DNA of 64,000 bases from Eledone cirrhosa (taxonomy: Eukaryota), in contig OZ024741.1 of the NCBI GenBank assembly GCA_964016885.1, positions 385,082,001 to 385,146,000 of the forward strand, in the 5' to 3' direction. The translations under genes were made by a program, and so were the position numbers. This document shows, piece by piece, positions 1 through 16,100 of this stretch (positions within the stretch are counted from its first letter, which is position 1; each line of letters starts with the position of its first letter). Below the pieces are notes generated by a model, which ran no database searches, was not told where the DNA came from, and saw only the letters and a program-made list of their open reading frames with translations.

Positions 1-365
1 AGGTATGCATACATACACACTTACACACAAACACAGACACACACATACACACACACACACATACTCACATCACACACATGCGCAGAAACACAATGAATCA
101 CACTGACATTTACTGACTCATACTCACTGGGGTGCAGACAAATGCACACCATCCATAGACTATCATCCACTCACGCACACACGTAGTCCCACACATACAC
201 TGACAACATACATACATGCAACTTATACAGACATATGACACATATCCACAATAGTACATACATACACACACACGCACAACACGCACACACATATATATGT
301 ATAATTATATATATGTATATATATATAATTATAATTATATATATATATATATATACGGACGTGTA

Positions 366-396
<31 letters not shown>

Positions 397-400
<4 letters not shown>

Positions 401-2690
401 GGACGTGTAAAAACCCACCCACCAACCCACTATTAGATGCATTTGAGCAGGACCTTATGAACTTAATCCTTAAAATTAAATTCAAAGGACGCAACACCAA
501 CAACAAATTACAGAAAGATATAAAAAAACTACTGGACGACCTTAAAAACACCAAAGGAATTGTAGTAAAAGCGGACAAAACATCAAACCTATATACTATG
601 GATTGCACTACATACAACAACTTCATTCGAAAAGAATTACATAAAAAATATAGAAAAACGAATGAAGTAACTCTTAAGCACATCAATGATGAGGCATGCG
701 AAATAGTGAAAAATCTCGGAATCGAAGATAGGACAGGACCACTCTTACCAGCGGTACCCACCTTCAATCTTAAGGACCATAAGGTAAACTTTGATAATGA
801 CCCTAAAATTAGATTAATCTGCCCCTCTAAATCAGATATAGGTAAAATAAGCAAATATATCTTAGATAGAATCATCCCCAAATTAAGGCTAAGGTTAACA
901 TTAAACTCTGGGGGAAGACCCAAGAAGCAATAAGATGGTTTAATAGCATTAGCAATAAGAATAAATCTAAGTTTATCCAGTTTGATATCGATGAATATTA
1001 CTCATCGATATCACCTGAAACTTTGAATAGAGCCATTAAGTTTGCTAAGGATAACTCTGACCTTACAAACGATGAAATTAAGATTATATTAGAAGCTAGG
1101 AAAACTATAGTCAAATTTGAGAACAGTTATTGGGTACGTAAAGATAGACCCTCTAACTTTGACATAACAATGGGCTCTAACGATTCGGCGGAAATAACTG
1201 ATATTGTGGGGTTATTTATCGCCTTTAGACTCCAGGAAAAATTCAGCAATCTCCACGGCGGAATATACCGCGACGATGTTCTCCTCCTCGTTAAAAACCT
1301 AAATAACCAAAAACTAGAAAAACTACGCAAAGATATAAGAAAACTACTACTCGAAATAGGACTAACTATAACATATGAATACAACCTTAAAGTAGTTAAC
1401 TTCCTGGATGTCACACTCAATTTAAACTCTGGTTTGATTAAACCGTTTCATAAATTGAATGAAAATCTCAAATACGTAATCTCTATAATTAAATCTATCC
1501 CTAAAAATATTTCCCTTAGAATCTCGGGTCTATCTTCTAACATACAAGTATTTAAGGAACACGCCGAGTACTACGATAACGCCCTTAGTAAAGCAGGCTA
1601 CCTCAACAAAATAGAGTATATAGATGGGAACAATCAAAACACCCAAAATAAATCCCACATAGGTAGATATAATAACACAACACCAAACCACACTTACTAC
1701 CATAGTATGCACACCAGTAAACCAACAAACAAAACTAATAGAAAGCGATGCAAAGAGTACTTATGGTATAACCCCGAATACAATAGTTCCATTAGTACAA
1801 ATTTACCAGTACTCTTCTTTAAAATAATTAAGAGACATTTTCCTACATCACACAAATACCACAAAATCCTAAACCCTACCACTATAAGACTGTCATACTC
1901 TACAGCGTTAAACCTTGAACAACACATAAAAAAGATCAATACTAGAAGGTTAAACGAAAACACTAAGAACTTAAGTACAAAGAACACAAAAAAAAACAGT
2001 AGACAATACACTACAGAACATAAATAAACCACACCTAAGTTCGTCCGCAATACTACTCCAGAGAAAACCCAACGTACACAACTGTAACTGCACCTATCCT
2101 GACAACTGCCCCCTCGGCAACAACTGCCTGGAAAAAAATATTATTTATAAGTGTACCATTAAATCCGGAGGCAACGAGTGGTATTACATGGGATCAACGG
2201 CAACATCGTTTAAATCTCGATTATATAGGCATTCTTACTCAATAAAACACCAGAGCCAAAGAAATGTAACAACTTTAGCAGAAAAAGCTTGGACGCTCAG
2301 GGATAGCGATCAAAAGTTTACCCTAAAATGGGAGAAATTAGCTAAAACCCAAAGCTTTTCCAGGAGCCAAAATTTCTCAAATTGTGTAATCTTGAGATTT
2401 ATTACATAATCACACACAAGAAGAAATTGCTGAATAACAGAATTGAACGAACATTATTCTGCCCTCACAGAACTAAAACCCTTTTTTCCCACTACAAGCC
2501 GAATATTACATAAAAGAGGGACATCCCCCCAACTATATAAACCTCAATCTAGTTAGAAAAATATAAAAACAATCTCTTCTCAACATATATTAATAACCTT
2601 AAATTACCACACTAATAATGGAAAGATATGCTGATGAGAATAGGTGCAAATATGCGATAATGAATGTGTCTAAAAACGTCCATAAGTATG
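397..2690 (+). mobile_element. Penelope-like retroelement (RT + C-terminal GIY-YIG), 5'-truncated and frameshifted; YRDD/WxNP type (Nematis-like, tentative)
   Basis: Pieces in ORFs 235-933, 1023-2027 and 2188-2409: VKADKTSNLY, LKDHK, RLICPSKSDIG, FIQFDIDEYYSSI (972-1010), FDITMGS, GIYRDD, VNFLDVTL, WYNP, RLSYS, then CNC-x5-CPL-x3-C, NIIYKC...YMGST...R (GIY-YIG). Several frameshifts; flanked by (TA)n. Confidence 0.88.
2627..2684 (+). ncRNA. Degenerate hammerhead ribozyme in PLE 3' region
   Basis: TATG-CTGATGA...TAAAAA-CG-TC-CATA. Stem I TATG/CATA and GUC site present; GAAA mutated, stem II poor. Confidence 0.45.
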
Positions 2691-2781
2691 TATATATATG
2701 TGAAAATGTATATAAATAAGTAAATATATATATATGTTTGATGTGTATAGTTAGATGTAAGTGTATTCATGTATTAAAGTG

Positions 2782-2817
<36 letters not shown>

Positions 2818-3324
2818 TGTGTATGTATATGTATATATGTACACATAGACTAGAGTATGTATGTATATATGTGTGTGTCTATACGTGTGTACATAAAGAT
2901 AAGTTGAGTATGAAAATGTATACACATGAACGCGTATGTATGTACATGAATACATGTGTGTATATATATATGTAAGCATGTGTATATGTATGTAAGTATG
3001 AACATGTTACTATGTGAATGTGAGTATATGTATTTTGTAGAGGTGTGCAAATATATTTGTGTGTGAATGCGTGGGTGAAAGGATACGTGCAAACACAAAA
3101 CCAACAACGCATATCTTTACTATCTCTAATCCTTCTATAGATTTAGAAAAATAACCAGTAATATATTCTATAAAAATGTCAAAACAACAGATGGGAATCT
3201 AATTACTCACTGCCACCAAAAATTCTCACTGCTATCAAAAAACCACTCCCTCAACTATTCTTCTAACAACTTCACCCCTCCCTCCTAATATTCTCTATAA
3301 AAACCAAATAGGTCCTCAGTAATA

Positions 3325-3445
3325 TTATTTTGATGAAATGACAGTAAATAATAACATTGAAATATTGAATGTCTGCATAACTAAAACTTTGTAGTTAGCA
3401 GCTGTTTTCAGGTTATGTAACTGTTATAGAAACACGTGTCAATAA
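3325..3445 (+). ncRNA. Type I hammerhead ribozyme with long stem-II insertion (C3>U variant)
   Basis: Stem I TTATT/AATAA; core TTGATGA; stem II ATGACAGT(3338-45)/ACTGTTAT(3420-27); GAAA 3429-32; palindromic stem III CACGTG; GUC site. Confidence 0.65.
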
Positions 3446-3592
3446 ATTCCTTTCAACTAAACTGTATCCATTCAAATCTTTCTATTTTTCTCCGGATTAC
3501 TTTTGGAACTACAACTGGAACCGTCGAGCAAACTCTACTTGAGTTGTCAATCTACTGTGTGTAATATTTATATTACAACACAACGGAAAATA

Positions 3593-4097
<505 letters not shown>

Positions 4098-4139
4098 CGG
4101 CGATGAATTAGTTTAGCGAGGTTTTTTATATGAAATCGT

Positions 4140-5854
4140 GTGTCGAAACAAATATTGTTATACTTGATAGACCTCATCATGTACTCTCGTTATGTAGACG
4201 ATATCAATATAGTTATAAGAACACCCCCACTAGAGAGCACTAACAAGTTTGATTTAGAACGTAGCACGATGGAAAGCATCCAGCAGATAGCTAATTCCAT
4301 ACACCAGAGTATAACTGTAACTATCGACTTCCCTTCCAAACACCCTAACAATAGACTACCTGTATTAGACACAGAACTCTGGATTAACACTATAGACGAG
4401 AGAGCCCAAATTCTCCACTCACACTATGCTAAACCCATGGCCTCCAAATACCTGATACTCAAAAACTCATCAATGTCCAGTAGTGCTAAGTTTAATATTC
4501 TGATCGCAGATTTGGTACGAGTGATGAAGAATGTGTCCAGCATGTGCGACCCAACAGAATTGGAAAGACACATCCAACACTTCATCAACCGCATGCAGTT
4601 CTCTGGCTACAACCAAAGAGACAGAGTCAGAGTATACGAAGGAGCCATGGAAAAGTATAAGACCCTCATAGAACTGGACATGAAAGGAATTTGCCCATTA
4701 TACAGGAGCAAATCATGGAATAGCTTAGATAGGGCTAGACATAAGATAGGGAAGGCCACATGATGGTACGACAACCAGAGATATCACAGTGTCATGTTTG
4801 TGGACGCCACCCCTGGAGGGAAATTAGCTAACCAGTGTAGAAAGGCCCTGAGAAAGACCCACTAAAAAATAAAGGTGGTAGAAAAGCCAGGAACCACCAT
4901 AAAATCCCTGATCAGCAAAGCCTACCCTTTTAAGAAAACCCACTGTACCAATAGGAAATGTATCATATGTAAGGTGAACTCCCGGATAAACTGTAAAACT
5001 AGAAACGTAGTCTATAGCATAAGATGTACAGAGGGTACTTGCAGAAACATGACAACAACATACATAGGCGAAACAGCTCGTAGCATAGGTGAAAAGATAG
5101 ACCAACACTGGGGGGAACTAAAAGGACGAAAAAACGGGTCAGTACTATACGAACATGCTAGACAACAACATGACGGTAACATAGACAACATAGAAATTAG
5201 AATAATATCTAAACATACGAATGACCCAGCAGATAGGCAAATCAGAGAGGCCAGTGAAATAGAAATTAGAAGACCAAAGCTAAACAGAAAGAATGAGTGG
5301 AACAACAACAACACCCAAACAAACAACACTGACCTAAGAGAAGTATAAATAAGTAAATAAAATAAAATAAAATAAGATAAATAAATACATACACAAGCAC
5401 AATAACAACAAGCACATAAACACACACTAGTCACCCAGCAGACACAACACTATACACACTAGGCACACAGCAAACACTATACACACACGCAAACGCATGC
5501 GCAAAGAAGACAAAATAAAATAAACAAACAAGCAAATAAATAAATAAATATATAGACAGACTGAATAAAAAATGGCGTAGACATACAACAGAACAGGAGG
5601 AAAAAATATAACACCACTGACGATGTTGCAAATGTGCAACGAAAGATTTATGTAAATTATGTAAACTATATATATGTGTTTGTGTCTATATTGTATCTGT
5701 ATTATTTTTGACCGTCGGTCAGTCAATGGCAACATTGAGGACCGAGTAAGTTAGATCGCAGATATAAAAGACAGCGAGAAGCGAAAATCAACCAAACAGT
5801 GAGTGTGTTCTGTTATTAATTCTGGCAATATTACACAAATATGACCCTCCCCAA
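4140..5854 (+). mobile_element. Penelope-like retroelement 3' half (RT thumb + Cys linker + GIY-YIG), Naiad-like (tentative), with nonsense codons
   Basis: One reading frame 4140-5348 with in-frame TGA (4761) and TAA (4863): RYVDD, DFPSKH...LPVLD, HYAKPMAS, FSGY, PLYRSKSW, FVDATP, KVVEKPG, C-x4-C-x2-C, NVVYSIRC...YIGETARS. HHR downstream; flanked by (TA)n. Confidence 0.88.
5613..5654 (+). ncRNA. Minimal type I hammerhead ribozyme in PLE 3' UTR
   Basis: ACCA-CTGACGA-T-GTTGCA-AATG-TGCAAC-GAAA-GATT-TA-TGT. 6-bp stem II, near-palindromic minimal stem III, weak stem I. Confidence 0.7.
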
Positions 5855-5861
5855 GTATATA

Positions 5862-5907
<46 letters not shown>

Positions 5908-8900
5908 CAGGGCCACAATCACAAATTACACAGGTTAACTCAAACGTAGACATACCCATGCATAAATATACACAATCCACACAAATACACACACAGATAC
6001 ACACACAGCACACATATACACACACAGCAGACACACACCACGCATGTTTACACATACAGCATCCATTCACAGACAACGCGTACATACTGAGAGATACGTC
6101 ACCACTTATATATACACACATACTATACGAATGCATACACATACACCATCCACACACATACACCATCCACACACAGACACCATCCACACACATACACCAT
6201 CCACACACATACACCATCCACACACATACAACATCCACACACATACACCATCCACACACATACACCATCCACACACATACACCATCGACACACAGACACC
6301 ATCCACACACATACAACATCCACACACAGACACCATCCACACACATACACCATCCACACACATACACCATCCACACACATACAACATCCACACACATACA
6401 CCATCCACACACATACACCATCCACACACATACACCATCCACACACATACAACATCCACACACATACACCATCCTACACAGACACCATCCACACACATAC
6501 ACCATCCACACACATACACCAACCACACACATACACCATCCACACACATACACCCTCCACACACATACAACATCTACACACATACAACATATTGCACAGG
6601 CACCATCCACACACATACACCATCCACACACATACAACATCTACACACATACACCATCCAAACACATACACCATCCACACACATACACCATCCACACACA
6701 TAGCACATCCACACACACATACCATCCACACACATACAACATCCACACACATTCAACATCTACACACATACACCATCCACACACATACACCATCCACACA
6801 CATACAACATCCACACACATACACCATCCACACACATACACCATCCTACGCAGACACCATCCACACACATACATCATCCACACACATACACACTCCACAC
6901 ACATACAACATCTACACACATACACCATCCACACACATATACCATCCACACACATACACCATCCACACACATACAACATCCACACACATACACCATCCAC
7001 ACACATACACCATCCACACACATACACCCTCCACACACATACACCATCCACACACATAGCACATCCACACACATTCAACATCTACACACATACACCATCC
7101 ACACACATACACCATCCACACACATACAACATCCACACACATACACCATCCACACACATACACCATCCACACACATACAACATCTACACACATACACCAT
7201 CCACACACATACACCATCCACACACATACAACACCCACACACATACAACATCCACACACATACACCATCCAAACACATACAACATCTACACGCATACAAC
7301 ATCCACACACACACACCATCCACACACATACACCATCCACACACATACACAATCCACACACATACACCATCCACACATATACAACATCCACACACATACA
7401 CCATCCTACACAGACACCATTCACACACATACAACATCCACACACATACACCATCCACACACATACAACATCCACACACATGCACCAACCACACACATAC
7501 ACCATCCACACACATACACCATCCACACACATACAACATCCACACACATACAACATCCAAACACATACACCATCCACACACATACAACATCTACACACAT
7601 ACACCATCCACACACATACACCATCCACATACATACAACCCCACACACATACAGCATCCACACACATACACCCTCCACACACATACACCCTCCACACACA
7701 TACACCATCCACACACATACAACATCATCACACATACACCATCCACACACATACACCATCAACACACATACAACATCCACACACATACACCATCCACACA
7801 CATACAACGTCTACACACATACACCATCCATACACATACACCATCCACACACATACAACATCCACACACATACACCATCCACACACATACACCCTCCACA
7901 CACATACAACATCCACACACATACACCATCCTACACAGACACCATCCACACACATACACCATCAACACACATACAACATCTACACACATACACCATCCAC
8001 ACATACAACATCCACTCACAGACACCATCCACACACAGACACCATCCACACACATACACCCTCCACACACATACACCCTCCACACACATACACCATCCAC
8101 ACACATACAACATCCACACACATACACCCTCCACACACATACACCCTCCACACAAATCCACAATCCACACACATACGACATCCCCACACATACAACATCC
8201 ACACACACACAACATCCACACACATACAACATCGACACAAAAACAACATCCACACACATAAACCCTCCACACACATACAACAGCGACACACATACACCAT
8301 CCACACACATACAACATCCACACACATACAACATCCACACACATACAACATCGACACAAAAACAACATCCACACACATACACCCTCCACACACATACACC
8401 ATCCACACACATACAAAATCTACACACATACACCATCCACACACATACACCATCCACACACATACACCATCCCCACACATACTCCATTCACACACATACA
8501 CCATCCACACACAGAGACCATCCACACACATACACCATCCACACACATACACCCTCCACACACATACACCATCCACACACATACACCATCCACACACATA
8601 GCACATCCACACACACACACCATCCACACACATACACCATCCACACACATACACCCTCCACACACATACAACATCTACACACATACACCATCCACACACA
8701 TACACCATCCACACACATAGCACATCCACACACACACACCATCTACACACATACAACATCTACACACATACACCATCCACACACATACAACGTCCACACA
8801 CATACACCATCCACACACATACACCATCCACACACATACAACGTCCACACACATACACCCTCCACACACATACACCATCCATCCACACACAGACAATGTC

Positions 8901-10161
8901 TACACACATACACCATCCACACACATACACCATCCACACACATTCAACGTCTACACACATACACCATCCACACACACACACCATCCACACACATACACCA
9001 TCCACACACATACAACATCCACAGACATACAACATCTACACACATACACCATCCACACACATACAACATCCACACACATACAACATCCACACACATACAC
9101 CATCCACACACATACAACATCCACACACATACACCATTCACACACATACACCCTCCACACACATATAACATCCCCACACATACAACATACACACACATAC
9201 ACCCTCCACCGACATACAACGTCTACACACATACACGCTCCACACACATAAACCATCCACACACATACAACATCCACACACATACAACATCTACACACAT
9301 ACACCATCCACACACATACAACATCCACACACATACACCCTCCACCCACATACACCATCCACACACATACAACGTCTACACACATACACCCTCCACACAC
9401 ATACACCATCCACACACATACACCCTCCACACACATACACCCTCCACACACATACAACATCCGCACACAGACACCATCCACACACATAAACCCTCTACAC
9501 ACATACAACAGCGACACACATACAACATCCACACACATACACCATCCACACACATACAACATCCACACACATACAACATCCACACACATACAACATCCAC
9601 ACACAAACAACATCCACACACATACACCCTCCACACACATACACCATCCACACACAGACACCATCCACACACAGAGACCATCCACACACATACACCCTCC
9701 ACACACATACAACATCCACACACATACACCCTCCACACACATACACCATCCACACACAGACACCATCCACACACATACAACATCCACACACAGACACCAT
9801 CCACACACATACACCACCCACACACATACAACATCCACACACAGACACCATCCACACACATACACCACCCACACACATACAACATCCACACACAGACACC
9901 ATCCACACACATACACCATTCACATACATACAACATCCACACACATACACCATCCACACACATACACCCTCCGCACACATACATCATCCCCACACATACA
10001 CCATCCACACACATACACCACTCACACACATACAACATCCACACACAGACACCATCCACACACATACACCATTCACATACATACAACATCCACACACATA
10101 CACCATCCACACACATACACCCTCCACACACATACAGCGTCCACACACATACACCATCCCC

Positions 10162-13100
10162 ACACATACACCATCCACACACATACACCCTCCACGCACA
10201 TACAGCATCCACACACATACACCCTCCACACACATACACCATCCAGACACATACACACTCCACACACATAAACCCTCTACAAACACTCCACACACATACA
10301 GAATCCACACATACACCCTCCACAAACATACACCATCCACACACATACACCATCCCCACACATACACCATCCACACATATACACCCTCCACACACATACA
10401 CCATCCACACACATAGCACATCCACACACACATACCATCCACACACATACAACATCCACACACATTCAACATCTACACACATACACCATCCACACACATA
10501 CACCATCCACACACATACAACATCCACACACATACACCATCCACACACATACACCCTCCACACACATACAACATCCACACACATACACACTCCACACACA
10601 TACACCATCCACACACATACACCATCCTACGCAGACACCATCCACACACATACACCATCCACACACATACACACTCCACACACATACAACATCTACACAC
10701 ATACACCATCCACACACATATACCATCCACACACATACACCATCCACACACATACAACATCCACACACATACACCATCCACACACATACACCATCCACAC
10801 ACATACACCCTCCACACACATACACCATCCACACACATAGCACATCCACACACACACCATCCACACACATACAACATCCACACACATTCAACATCTACAC
10901 ACATACACCATCCACACACATACACCATCCACACACATACAACATCCACACACATACACCATCCACACACATACACCATCCACACACATACAACATCTAC
11001 ACACATACACCATCCACACACATACACCATCCACACACATACAACACCCACACACATACAACATCCACACACATACACCATCCAAACACATACAACATCT
11101 ACACGCATACAACATCCACACACACACACCATCCACACACATACACCATCCACACACATACACAATCCACACACATACACCATCCACACATATACAACAT
11201 CCACACACATACACCATCCTACACAGACACCATTCACACACATACAACATCCACACACATACACCATCCACACACATACAACATCCACACACATGCACCA
11301 ACCACACACATACACCATCCACACACATACACCATCCACACACATACAACATCCACACACATACAACATCCAAACACATACACCATCCACACACATACAA
11401 CATCTACACACATACACCATCCACACACATACATCATCCACACACATACAACCCCACACACATACAGCATCCACACACATACACCCTCCACACACATACA
11501 CCCTCCACACACATACGCCATCCACACACATACAACATCATCACACATACACCATCCACACACATACACCATCAACACACATACAACATCCACACACATA
11601 CACCATCCACACACATACAACGTCTACACACATACACCATCCATACACATACACCATCCACACACATACAACATCCACACACATACACCATCCACACACA
11701 TACACCCTCCACACACATACAACATCCACACACATACACCATCCTACACAGACACCATCCACACACATACACCATCAACACACATACAACATCTACACAC
11801 ATACAACATCCACACACATACACCCTCCACACACATACAACATCCACACACATACATCATCCTACACAGACACCATCCACACACATACACCATCAACACA
11901 CATACAACATCTACACACATACAACATCCACACACATACACCCTCCACACACAGACACCATCCACACACAGACACCATCCACACACATACACCATCCACA
12001 CACATACAACATTCACACACATACACCCTCCACACACATACACCCTCCACACACATACAACATCCACACACATACACCATCCTACACAGACACCATCAAC
12101 ACACATACAACATCCACTCACAGACACCATCCACACACAGATACCATCCACACACATAAACCATCCACACACATACAACATTCACACACATACACCCTCC
12201 ACACACATACACCCTCCACACAAATACACAATCCACACACATACGACATCCCCACACATACACCATTCACACACATACAACATCCACACACACACAACAT
12301 CCACACACATACAACATCGACACAAAAACAACATCCACACACATAAACCCTCCACACACATACAACAGCGACACACATACACCATCCACACACATACAAC
12401 ATCCACACACATACAACATCCACACACATACAACATCGACACAAAAACAACATCCACACACATACACCCTCCACACACATACACCATCCACACACATACA
12501 ACATCTACACACATACACCATCCACACACATACACCATCCACACACATACACCATCCCCACACATACTCCATCCACACACATACACCATCCACACACAGA
12601 GACCATCCACACACATACACCATCCACACACATACACCCTCCACACACATACACCATCCACACACATACACCATCCACACACATAGCACATCCACACACA
12701 CACACCATCCACACACATACACCATCCACACACATACACCCTCCACACACATACAACATCTACACACATACACCATCCACACACATACAACATCTACACA
12801 CATACACCATCCACACACATACAACGTCCACACACATACACCATCCACACACATACACCATCCACACACATACAACGTCCACACACATACACCCTCCACA
12901 CACATACACCATCCACACACAGACAATGTCTACACACATACACCATCCACACACATACACCATCCACACACATACACCATCCACACACATACAACGTCTA
13001 CACACATACACCATCCACACACACACACCATCCACACACATACACCATCCACACACATACAACATCCACAGACATACAACATCTACACACATACACCATC

Positions 13101-16100
13101 CACACACATACAACATCCACACACATACAACATCCACACACATACACCATCCACACACATACAACATCCACACACATACACCATTCACACACATACAGCC
13201 TCCACACGCATATAACATCCCCACACATACAACATACACACACATACACCCTCCAACGACATACAACGTCTACACACATACACCCTCCACACACATAAAC
13301 CATCCACACACATACAACATCCACACACATACAACATCTACAAACATACACCATCCACACACATACAACATCCACACACATACACCCTCCACCCACATAC
13401 ACCATCCACACACATACAACGTCTACACACATACACCCTCCACACACATACACCATCCACACACATACACCCTCCACACACATACACCCTCCACACACAT
13501 ACAACAGCGACACACATACAACATCCACACACATACACCATCCACACACATACAACATCCACACACATACAACATCCACACACATACAACATCCACACAC
13601 ATACACCATCCACACACATACAACATACACACATACAACATCCACACACATACAACATCCACACACATACACCATTCACATACATACACCATCCACACAC
13701 ATACAACGTCTACACACATACACCATCCACACACACACACCATCCACACACATACACCATCCACACACATACAACATCCACACACATACACCATCCACAC
13801 ACATACAACATCCACACACATACACCATCCACACACATACAACATCCACACACATACAACATCCACACACATACAACATCCACACACATACAACATCCAC
13901 ACACAAACAACATCCACACACATACACCCTCCACACACATACACCATCCACACACAGACACCATCCACACACAGAAACCATCCACACACAGAGACCATCC
14001 ACACACATACACCCTCCACACACATACAACATCTACACACAACACCATCCACACACATACACCATCCACACACAGACACCATCCACACACAGACACCATC
14101 CACACACATACACCATCCACACACATACACCCTCCACACACATACAACATCTACACACATACACCCTCCACACACATACACCATCCACACACATACACCA
14201 TCCACACACATACACCCTCCACACACATACAACATCTACACACATACACCCTCCACACACATACACCATTCACACACATACACCATCCCCACATACACCA
14301 TCCACACACATACACCATCCACACACATACACCATCCACACACAGACACCATCCACACACATACACCATCCACACACATACAACATCTACACACATACAC
14401 CATCCACACACATACAACATCCACACACATACACCATTCACACACATACACCATCCCCACATACACCATCCACACACATACACCATCCACACACAGACAC
14501 CATCCACACACATACACCATCCACACACAGACAATGTCTACACACATACACCATCCACACACACACAACATCCACACACATACACCATCCACACACATAC
14601 AACGTCCACACACATACACCCTCCACACACATACACCATCCACACACAGACAATGTCTACACACATACACCATCCACACACATACAACGTCCACACACAT
14701 ACACCATCCACACACATACACCATCCACACCATACAACGTCCACACACATACACCCTCCACACACATACACCATCCACACACAGACAATGTCTACACACA
14801 TACACCATCCACACACATACACCATCCACACACATACACTATCCACACACATACAACGTCTACACACATACACCATCCATACACACACACCATCCACACA
14901 CATACACCATCCACACACATACACCATCCACACACATACAACGTCTACACACATACACCATCCATACACACACACCATCCACACACATACACCCTCCACA
15001 CACAAACAACATCCACACACATACAACATCCACACACATACACCATCCACACACATACAACATCTACACACATACACCATCCACACACATACAACGTCTA
15101 CATACATACACCATCCACACACATACACCATCCACACACATACAACATCCACACACATACAACATCCACACACATACAACATCCACACACATACAACATC
15201 CACACACATACAACATCCACACACATACAACATCCACACACAGACACTATCCACACACATAAACCCTCCACACACATACAACAGCCACACACATACAACA
15301 TCCACACACATACACCATCCACACACATACAACATCCACACACATACAACATCCACACACATACACCATCCACACACATACAACGTCTACATACATACAC
15401 CATCCACACACATACACCATCCCCACACATACACCATCCACACACGTACACCATCCACACACAGACAATGTCTACGCACATACACCATCCACACACATAC
15501 AACATCCACACACATACACCATCCACACACATACAACGTCCACACACATACACCATCCACACACATACACCATCCACACACATACAACGTCCACACACAT
15601 ACACCCTCCACACACATACACCATCCACACACAGACAATATCTACACACATACACCATCCACACACATACACCATCCACACACATACACCATCCACACAC
15701 ATACAACGTCTACACACATACACCATCCACACACACACACCATCCACACACATACACCATCCACACACATACAACATCCACACACATACAACATCTACAC
15801 ACATACACCATCCCCACACATACAACATCCACACACATACACCATCCACACACATACACCCTCCACACACATATAACATCCCCACACATACAACATACAC
15901 ACACATACACCCTCCACCCACATACAACGTCTACACACATACACCCTCCACACATGTAAACCATCCACACACATACAACATCCACACACATACACCCTCC
16001 ACACACATACACCCTCCACACACATACACAATCCACAAACATACAACATCCCCACACATACACCATCCACACACATACAACATCCACACACACACACAGC

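Noticed and set aside
4097-4170. GAAA-CAA-ATA-TTG-TT as a hammerhead 3' half
   Set aside because: No convincing CUGANGA, stem I or stem II; could be chance in AT-rich sequence.
4761-4763. Selenocysteine UGA in the Naiad-like ORF
   Set aside because: Not at an evident Cys position, a TAA follows in frame at 4863, and no SECIS was identified.
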